Shown in pieces: positions 58,328 to 64,000 of a stretch of DNA of 64,000 nucleotides. This DNA is from Christensenellales bacterium. GTDB taxonomy: Bacteria; Bacillota; Clostridia; Christensenellales; CAG-138. Location: NCBI GenBank assembly GCA_040767925.1, contig JAXGNN010000001.1, forward strand, positions 1,344,921 to 1,408,920. The letters run 5' to 3'. The notes below the pieces were generated by a model, which had not been told where the DNA came from, did not search any database, and was given only the letters and a program-made list of their open reading frames with translations. Both the position numbers and the translations under genes were made by a program. Every line of letters starts with the position of its first letter. Positions within the stretch are counted from its first letter, which is position 1.

Positions 58328-59206
58328 CTATTCCGCCGCCCCCTGCATCAATATTTCATACAGCCATTCGAGGTTTTCCCGCGTGTAATACTCGATGGTG
58401 ATCCTGCCGCGCTTCTCGGTGCCTTCTATGGAAACCTTGGTGCCCAATTGCTCGCGCAGTTTCTCCTGCGCGGCGAACATGTCTCCCGTCTGCTTCGGGC
58501 GCTTTTCGGGCTTCTCCTCCCGCGCGTTGGGGAAAAGCTCCGCGTTGTTGACGGACGCGGCCTTGTTCTCCACCTCGCGCACCGACCAGCCGAACTTCAC
58601 GGCGTCGGTCGCGAGCGTTTTTTGCCTGTTCTCATCCCTGACGCCCGCGATGGCGCGCGCGTGGCCGGAGGAAAGCTCCCCCTCGCGCACGAGCTTCTGC
58701 ACGTCCTCCGGCAGGTTCAAGAGGCGCAGCGCGTTGGCGATGACCGGGCGGGATTTTCCCAAGCGCTGCGAGACCTCCTCCTGCGTGAGGTCGTGCTGGA
58801 GCATCAAAAACCGGATCGCCGCCGCCTCCTCGATGGGGTTCAGGTTCTCGCGCTGGAGGTTTTCCACGAGCGCCACCTCGTGCACCTCGGCGTCGTCGAA
58901 CTCCTTAACGATGACGGGCACCTTCTGCATCCCGGCGAGCCTCGCCGCGCGGTAGCGCCGCTCGCCCGCGACGATGCTGTACCGCTCGCCGACGCGCCGG
59001 ACGATGATCGGCTGTACCATGCCGTGCCGCTCGATGCTCGAGGCGAGCTCGCGCAGCCTTTCCTCGTCGAACGTCTTTCGCGGCTGCTCCGCGTTGGTGT
59101 CGATGAGGTAAATATCCGCCTGCACGACGCCCTCGGGCGGCTCCGTCGAAAAGTCCCCCAAAAGCGCGTCCAGCCCCCGGCCGAGTCCCTTCTTGTTCAC
59201 AGCCAT
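58328..59206 (-). CDS. parB: Chromosome partitioning protein ParB/Spo0J
   Basis: GLGRGLDALL, QPRKTFDEE, VQPIIVRR..YSIVAGERRYRAA, HTH QEEVSQRLGKSRPVIANALRLLNL. TAATG overlap with parA. Confidence 0.95.
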   Translation of the reverse strand: MAVNKKGLGRGLDALLGDFSTEPPEGVVQADIYLIDTNAEQPRKTFDEERLRELASSIERHGMVQPIIVRRVGERYSIVAGERRYRAARLAGMQKVPVIVKEFDDAEVHEVALVENLQRENLNPIEEAAAIRFLMLQHDLTQEEVSQRLGKSRPVIANALRLLNLPEDVQKLVREGELSSGHARAIAGVRDENRQKTLATDAVKFGWSVREVENKAASVNNAELFPNAREEKPEKRPKQTGDMFAAQEKLREQLGTKVSIEGTEKRGRITIEYYTRENLEWLYEILMQGAAE

Positions 59207-59979
59207 TACGCCTTCCCTCCGTCGTTCGCGATGACCTCTTCCGCAAGCGCCTGATAGGCCTTCGCGCCGACGCAGCGCGGGTCATACTGGTTGATGGGCA
59301 GCCCGAAGCTCGGCGCCTCCCCGAGGCGGATCGAGCGCGGGATGATGGTCCTGTATACTTTATTCTTGAAGAACTTCTTGACCTCGAGCACCACCTGCTC
59401 GGAGAGGTTCGTGCGCGCGTCGAACATGGTGAGCACCACGCCTTCCACGTCGAGCATGGGATTGAGGTGCGTGCGCACGAGCTTCACCGTGTTCATCAGA
59501 TCCGAAAGGCCCTCGAGCGCATAGTATTCGCACTGGATGGGGGCGAGCAGCGTGTCCGCCGCGGTCAGGGCGTTCACCGTCAGAAGCCCGAGCGAGGGCG
59601 GGCAGTCGATGAAGATGAAGTCGTATTCCTCGCGCAGCGGCGCGAGCGCGCGCTTTAAGACCGTTTCCCGGGCGAGCGCGCTCACGAGCTCCACCTCCGC
59701 GCCGGAAAGCTCCTTCCTCGAGCAAAGCAGGTCCAGGTTGTCCGCCACGGTCTTCACGATGGCGTCCTTCGCCGGGACGCCGTTGATGAGCACGTCGTAA
59801 ACGCTGTGCTCCGGCTCGTCCTTGTTGACGCCCACGCCCGTCGTCGAATTGCCCTGCGGGTCGATGTCCACGCAGAGCACCTTTTTGCCCTTCTCCGCGA
59901 TGCAGGCGGAGAGGTTCACGGTCGTCGTCGTCTTGCCCACGCCGCCCTTCTGGTTGGCGACGGCTATCACTCTTGCCAT
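59206..59979 (-). CDS. parA: Chromosome partitioning ATPase ParA/Soj
   Basis: Start at ATG 59979 (GGAGG 7 nt upstream). Deviant Walker A NQKGGVGKTTT, IFIDCPPSLG. Confidence 0.95.
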   Translation of the reverse strand: MARVIAVANQKGGVGKTTTTVNLSACIAEKGKKVLCVDIDPQGNSTTGVGVNKDEPEHSVYDVLINGVPAKDAIVKTVADNLDLLCSRKELSGAEVELVSALARETVLKRALAPLREEYDFIFIDCPPSLGLLTVNALTAADTLLAPIQCEYYALEGLSDLMNTVKLVRTHLNPMLDVEGVVLTMFDARTNLSEQVVLEVKKFFKNKVYRTIIPRSIRLGEAPSFGLPINQYDPRCVGAKAYQALAEEVIANDGGKA

Positions 59980-59993
59980 CGTTTTCCTCCGAA

Positions 59994-60527
59994 TCAAAGA
60001 TAGAGATCCATCATGATCTCGTCGTGGTAGGCCCCGCCCACGAAAAAGCGTCCCTTATGCCTGCCGACCTCCTCGAAGCCGAAGCGCCTGTAGAGCGCCC
60101 GCGCCCGCGCGTTGTCGGCGTATACGCCAAGCTCGATGGTCTTGACCCCCTGCTCCCTTGCGAGCGCGATCAGCGTTTCCATGATGGCGCTCCCCACGCC
60201 GATGCCCCAGAACTTCCTCTGCACGGCCACGGCGATTTCCGCCACGTGCTTGAGGCGCTCCCGCCCGTAGCAGGAGATGTTACACGTGCAGGCGATCTCC
60301 CCGTCGATGCGGCCGGCGAAGAAGCCGCCGCGCGGCGCTTTCTTGTAGTTCTCCATCACTTCCGCTTCCTGCTCGACGGTATAGGGCAGCCCGGTCGCGT
60401 CGAAAAGCAGGAAATCCGTCTCCCCGCCGACGATCTTCAGGTATTCCAGCAGCTCCGCGGCATCCTCTTTGCCCGGGCGGTACAGGCGCAGCGTGCGGCC
60501 GTCCTTTAACACAACGTTGCGTTCCAT
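59994..60527 (-). CDS. GNAT-family N-acetyltransferase, first gene of the parAB operon
   Basis: Start at ATG 60527 (GGAGG RBS, downstream of the predicted promoter). VAVQRKFWGIGVGSAIME .. ALYRRFGFEEVG. Confidence 0.8.
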   Translation of the reverse strand: MERNVVLKDGRTLRLYRPGKEDAAELLEYLKIVGGETDFLLFDATGLPYTVEQEAEVMENYKKAPRGGFFAGRIDGEIACTCNISCYGRERLKHVAEIAVAVQRKFWGIGVGSAIMETLIALAREQGVKTIELGVYADNARARALYRRFGFEEVGRHKGRFFVGGAYHDEIMMDLYL

Positions 60528-60555
60528 GTTTCCTCCATTTGTCATTTCCTGTGTC

Positions 60556-60584
60556 ATTATACTGTATGGGGCGCTCAAAAACAA
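60556..60584 (-). promoter_or_regulatory. Candidate promoter of GNAT-parA-parB
   Basis: Minus strand: TTGTTT (60584-60579), 17 nt, TATAAT (60561-60556). The -35 lies 5 nt from parS-1. Confidence 0.45.
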
Positions 60585-60589
60585 TGCAT

Positions 60590-60605
60590 TGTTTCACATG
60601 AAACA
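60590..60605. promoter_or_regulatory. parS site 1 (one mismatch from the palindrome)
   Basis: TGTTTCACATGAAACA vs Firmicute consensus TGTTNCACGTGAAACA. Confidence 0.8.
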
Positions 60606-60626
60606 TCCGCGCCGCGCTTGAAGCGA

Positions 60627-60642
60627 TGTTTCACGTGAAACA
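60627..60642. promoter_or_regulatory. parS site 2 (perfect palindrome)
   Basis: TGTTTCACGTGAAACA. Confidence 0.9.
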
Positions 60643-60666
60643 TCCGCAATGCGCTCCGAAGAACAT

Positions 60667-60682
60667 TGTTTCACGTGAAACA
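60667..60682. promoter_or_regulatory. parS site 3 (perfect palindrome)
   Basis: TGTTTCACGTGAAACA. Confidence 0.9.
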
Positions 60683-60709
60683 AGCCTCGCTTTCCCCTTC
60701 TTTCCCGTC

Positions 60710-60723
60710 ATTGCCCGGGAAAT
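60710..60723. promoter_or_regulatory. Noc-binding-site-like palindrome
   Basis: ATTGCCCGGGAAAT: 13/14 match to the B. subtilis NBS core ATTTCCCGGGAAAT. Confidence 0.45.
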
Positions 60724-60898
60724 TGACAGGATTCGCCCTCCGCGCGGCGGGTTATTGCCCCTCATTCTCGGCCGCGCGGCCTAAAACGAAAAAGCGTCGC
60801 GTCTGGGCGGCGTTCATAGAACCGGACGCACCGGAAACGTTGGAGACTCCGTCCCCAGGCCCTTGGAACCCATATGCGGCCATGTGTACAGGATAAGC

Positions 60899-60925
60899 AG
60901 AAGCGCCGCATTCCGCGGCGCTTCT
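60899..60925 (-). terminator. Hairpin immediately after jag
   Basis: AGAAGCGCCGC-ATTCC-GCGGCGCTTCT (11-bp stem). No clear U tract. Confidence 0.5.
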
Positions 60926-60938
60926 GTGGAGATTGTCT

Positions 60939-61892
60939 TTATTTCGCTGCCCCGTTCTTGTCATCCCTGCCCTTCGGGGCGACGACCACGCGGCGGTTGG
61001 GCTCCTCGCCCTCGCTGTAGGTCGTAACGTACGGGTGGCTCTGGAGCGTGGCGTGCATCACGCGCCTCTCGTAGGGGTTCATCGGCTCCATCGTACGGGA
61101 GCGCCCGGTGCTCCTGACCTGCGAGGCGACCTTGCGCGCGAGGCGGACGAGGGTCTCCTCGCGCTTGTCGCGATACCCTTCCGTGTCGATGGTGACGCGC
61201 GTGTAACCCGTTTCCTTGCGCGCGCGGTTGACGTGCAGCGAGGCGAGGTACTGGATGGCGTCGAGCGTTTCCCCCCTGTGGCCGATGAGGATGCCCATGG
61301 CGGCGCTGTCGATGCGAAGCCGGATGCCCTCCTCGGAGACGTTGGCGAGCACCGTGGCGTCGATGCCCATAAGACCGAGCATGCCTTTCAGGAACTCCGC
61401 TGCCGCGTTGCCCTCCGCGGCGTCGAGCGAGTAGTCGATCTTGGGCCTTTCGGGCGCCGGGGCATAGTCCTCCCTGCGGCGCGGCCTCTCGGCCTCGTGG
61501 CGGTCGTCGCGCCGCCCGTCGCGGGGGGGCCTGTTCCCCTCGCGCCTCTGCGGCGGGCGCGGGCCCTGGCCCTGCGGCCTCTGGCTCTGGTCCTGCTGCG
61601 GGCGCGGCCGGTCGTCCCGGCGCGGGGGCCGCGCGGGCCGCTCGCTGCGGGGGCCGCTGCGCTCGCCCGGGCGCATGCGCTCGGCGTCGGTCAGGTATTC
61701 GGGAATCACGATCTGCTCGGGTTCGCGCTCGATGAGCCGCACGATGGCGGGCCGCGCGCCGATGCCGAGCACGCCCTTTGTTTCATGCTGCACGATATCG
61801 ATCTCAACTTCGTCGATGGAAAGATCCAACTCGTGCAGGCCGTTGAAAATGGCCTCGTCTATGGTCTTGCCTATGGCTTCGAACGTTCTCAT
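60939..61892 (-). CDS. jag: RNA-binding protein Jag/KhpB (Jag_N + KH + R3H)
   Basis: Start at ATG 61892 (ATGA overlap with the yidC stop). MRTFEAIGKTIDEAI.., Arg/Pro/Asp-rich linker, KH (IGHRGETLDAIQYL), R3H (MNPYERRVMH). Confidence 0.9.
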   Translation of the reverse strand: MRTFEAIGKTIDEAIFNGLHELDLSIDEVEIDIVQHETKGVLGIGARPAIVRLIEREPEQIVIPEYLTDAERMRPGERSGPRSERPARPPRRDDRPRPQQDQSQRPQGQGPRPPQRREGNRPPRDGRRDDRHEAERPRRREDYAPAPERPKIDYSLDAAEGNAAAEFLKGMLGLMGIDATVLANVSEEGIRLRIDSAAMGILIGHRGETLDAIQYLASLHVNRARKETGYTRVTIDTEGYRDKREETLVRLARKVASQVRSTGRSRTMEPMNPYERRVMHATLQSHPYVTTYSEGEEPNRRVVVAPKGRDDKNGAAK

Positions 61893-62875
61893 TTTTTTGT
61901 TTCCTCCTGCAGGTCGGCCGTGCGCGGATATTTCCTGTTGAGTATGACGTTGACGATCACCATCAAAACGCTGCTGAACGTCCAGTAAATAGCGAAGGCG
62001 GCGTTGTTCGAAAGGCAGAAGACGAAGGACATCACCGGGAACATGTAGTTCATCCACTTGGTGGACTTCGCCGCCTGCTCGTTGGCCCCGGTCTGCGGCT
62101 GGCTCTTCTGCATCAGCCAGGCTGAAAGGAAGTTCGAGCCGCCCGCGAACACGGACATCAGGAACCAGCCGTTATTATATCCGGCGTAAACGTCCTTATA
62201 TACCTGCATGGCGTTGTTGAACGCGGCGACGGACGCCTCGGTGTTGATGATCCTGTAGCCGACCTCCCCGCCGGCCACGCTCTTGAGCGCGATGCCGAGT
62301 TCCACCAGCTTCTCCCACACGCCGGGGTTGTTGTGCAGATAAAGGAGGTTGGAGAGGTTCGCCGTCGCGAGGAAGGTCGAACCTTCCGCCACGACGGGCA
62401 TGAGGCCGTTGTCCGGCTGCCAGATGTTGTTGATCCAGAGAAATTTGAAGGAGCGGAAAAGCCCCATGGCGTTTTCGTCGACGAGCAGGCGCAGCGTCAT
62501 CTCGTGGCCCCAATACCGGAACGCCGCGAAGAAGCAGAAGAACAGGGGCATCGTGATGAGCATGGGCAGGCAACTGCCCCACATGCTAACGCCGCGCTCC
62601 TTCATGAGCTTGTTCTGCTCGAGCTGGGCCTTTCTCGGGTCGTTGGCGTATTTCTTCTGAATTTTCTGTATCTCGGGCTGTATGCGCGCCATGTCGGCGG
62701 AGGACTTGCGCGTTTTGATGTCCGAATAAAGCGTCGCGAGCTTGAGCAGCGCCGTGCAGAGCACGATGGTCAGCACGATGCTCCCGAACCCTCCGGGCAG
62801 TATGCTGATCGTCAGGTTGTACACCCAGCGCAGCATTTCAAGAAACCAGTTTGTAAGGAAAAAATCGCCTCGCAC
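61889..62875 (-). CDS. yidC: Membrane protein insertase YidC/OxaA
   Basis: GTG start. PEIQKIQKKYANDPRKAQLEQNKLMKERGVS, CLPMLITMPLFF. Confidence 0.92.
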   Translation of the reverse strand: MRGDFFLTNWFLEMLRWVYNLTISILPGGFGSIVLTIVLCTALLKLATLYSDIKTRKSSADMARIQPEIQKIQKKYANDPRKAQLEQNKLMKERGVSMWGSCLPMLITMPLFFCFFAAFRYWGHEMTLRLLVDENAMGLFRSFKFLWINNIWQPDNGLMPVVAEGSTFLATANLSNLLYLHNNPGVWEKLVELGIALKSVAGGEVGYRIINTEASVAAFNNAMQVYKDVYAGYNNGWFLMSVFAGGSNFLSAWLMQKSQPQTGANEQAAKSTKWMNYMFPVMSFVFCLSNNAAFAIYWTFSSVLMVIVNVILNRKYPRTADLQEETKK

Positions 62876-62896
62876 GGTCGTTCTCTCTTTCTTGTG

Positions 62897-63145
62897 TTAT
62901 TGTGCCGTCTTTTTGCGGCGCGGCGCCGGCCAGATTTCCGGCACGGGGTCGTAGCCGCCGCGGGAGAAGGGATTGCAGCGCAAAACGCGCCATATGCTGA
63001 TGAAGCCGCCTTTCCACGCGCCGTGCTTTTCCAGCGCCTCGAGCGCATAGGTCGAGCAGGTCGGCGTATAACGGCAGCACGGCGCGTGCACCGGCGATAT
63101 CCAGGCGCGATAGCCGCGGATAAGGTAGAGCAGCAAGCGCTTCAC
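62897..63145 (-). CDS. yidD: Membrane protein insertion efficiency factor YidD
   Basis: Start at GTG 63145 (GTGA overlap with the rnpA stop). YRAWISP..CRYTPTCSTYALEAL..HG..KG..RCNPF. Confidence 0.88.
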   Translation of the reverse strand: MKRLLLYLIRGYRAWISPVHAPCCRYTPTCSTYALEALEKHGAWKGGFISIWRVLRCNPFSRGGYDPVPEIWPAPRRKKTAQ

Positions 63146-63495
63146 AGTCGCGTTTCTTCCTTTTTCAGCAGGTCGGCGCGGTTTAAAAGGTTCCATACCG
63201 CGCTCTGTAGGGAGGTGAACTTAGCATCCACAACCGGCTCTCTGGCAATGAAGATGAGGTCGTATCCGTCTTTCACGCGCGGTATCGCAGGGCCGAAAGA
63301 TTCCCTCAACCGGCGTTTGACGCGATTGCGGACGACGCTGTTGCCGAGTTTTTTGCTTGCGGAAAACCCAACGTGCACCCCCGTCCCGCGGGACTTCGTC
63401 CAGATCAGGACCAGCATGGGATTCGCCTTGGAGTTCCCCTTGCGGTATACATGGCGGAAATCCTTGTTCCGCTTCAAAGAAAAACAGCGTTTCAC
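63142..63495 (-). CDS. rnpA: RNase P protein component
   Basis: LKRNKDFRHVYRKG, SKKLGNSVVRNRVKRRLRE. The GTG start at 63495 has no clear RBS, so the start is uncertain. Confidence 0.88.
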   Translation of the reverse strand: MKRCFSLKRNKDFRHVYRKGNSKANPMLVLIWTKSRGTGVHVGFSASKKLGNSVVRNRVKRRLRESFGPAIPRVKDGYDLIFIAREPVVDAKFTSLQSAVWNLLNRADLLKKEETRL

Positions 63496-63581
63496 CTATA
63501 ATCGATTCAAAGTACGTTTTTTGTCCCTCCCGCACGGATACGATGGCGGGATGCGTTCGTTTGTGCCGCCGCGGCGCCGCC

Positions 63582-63613
63582 ATGCAAATATGCAAATATG
63601 CAAAAATGCGAAA
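63582..63613. repeat. Four tandem octamers in the rpmH-rnpA spacer
   Basis: ATGCAAAT ATGCAAAT ATGCAAAA ATGCGAAA. Confidence 0.8.
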
Positions 63614-63666
63614 GCATCGGCGGCGCGCGGTCATCCGCTCCGGGCTTGCCGGGCGGTTCTACCGTC

Positions 63667-63801
63667 TCAGGCGGATATGGTCTTGCGGCCCTTGAGCCTT
63701 CTGCGGGCGAGCACCTTGCGGCCGTTGCGGGTCTTCATGCGCTGGCGGAACCCGTGGACCTTGCTGCGCTGCCTCTTCTTGGGTTGATACGTACCGAGCA
63801 T
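63667..63801 (-). CDS. rpmH: 50S ribosomal protein L34
   Basis: Not in the ORF track (44 aa). Hand translation: [44 protein letters not shown]. Confidence 0.95.
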   Translation of the reverse strand: MLGTYQPKKRQRSKVHGFRQRMKTRNGRKVLARRRLKGRKTISA

Positions 63802-63882
63802 CTCTTGCACCTCTTTCCGGTATAGATTGGGGATGCGCTTTTAGGACGCCATTCCCTCGTTTGCCTTTTCCATCAGTCTATG

Positions 63883-63912
63883 ATTATATAAGAAACGCGC
63901 GAGCTCTGTCAA
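63883..63912 (-). promoter_or_regulatory. Candidate rpmH promoter
   Basis: Minus strand: TTGACA (63912-63907), 18 nt, TATAAT (63888-63883). Confidence 0.5.
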
Positions 63913-64000
63913 GGAAATCATCCCGCCCGAAAGGCTGAAAAAGCCCGCATACCATATCTTGCACACGGCGCCCGGCCCGCCTACAAGCGCGCAAAAATTT

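Noticed and set aside
60592-60896. ORFs beginning MFHVKQ (60280..60606 minus, 60666..60896 plus).
   Set aside because: The MFHVKQ start is just the translation of the parS palindrome GTTTCACGTGAAACA. The remainder has no coding signature.
63667-63690. GGCGGATATGG at the 3' end of rpmH, identical to the 5' arm and loop of the repeat hairpin.
   Set aside because: It lies inside the conserved L34 coding sequence (..KTISA*) and lacks the complementary arm. Treated as coincidence.
63802-64000. oriC / DnaA boxes at the right edge, upstream of rpmH.
   Set aside because: No TTATCCACA-type box with one mismatch or fewer in this stretch. A lone 8/9 box (TGTGGAAAA, 7958-7966) near mnmG is isolated. 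The origin is probably just outside the window.

Overview
GC-rich chromosomal segment (strong GC3 bias) of a spore-forming Firmicute, probably Clostridia-like: AddAB, Noc, SpoIIE, SpoIID and Firmicute origin-proximal synteny are all present. The right end carries rpmH-rnpA-yidD-yidC-jag, then three tandem parS sites and a GNAT-parA-parB operon. The left end carries the other half of that conserved block (mnmG-rsmG-noc). About 50 kb of housekeeping and transport genes lie between them: guaD/hydantoinase/nadE, spoIIE, two amino-acid ABC systems, tRNA-Gly+tuf, upp-rpiB-tsaC-prfA-prmC, addAB, typA, TPP riboswitch-thiT and murA. I see no integrase, transposase, phage, CRISPR-cas or recognisable defence genes. 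The most unusual content is non-coding. A modular repeat family (AATTGAC heptamer run + small hairpin with U-tract + perfect GGGCGGAT-N5-ATCCGCCC hairpin) occurs at 8 loci. Where heptamers are present, a block abuts a stop codon in a fixed polarity. It occurs once as a 4-copy tandem array and twice supplies the last codons of conserved genes. Other points are a dockerin-tagged SpoIID next to a cohesin-like membrane protein, an AT-rich XRE / Spo0A-C-fragment module with palindromic operators, a Spo0A-box spoIIE promoter, and a near-consensus Noc-binding site beside the parS cluster. All family calls come from motif recognition by eye; nothing was searched or computed with tools. The many long Arg/Ala/Gly/Pro-rich ORFs in the track are treated as GC-driven artefacts.
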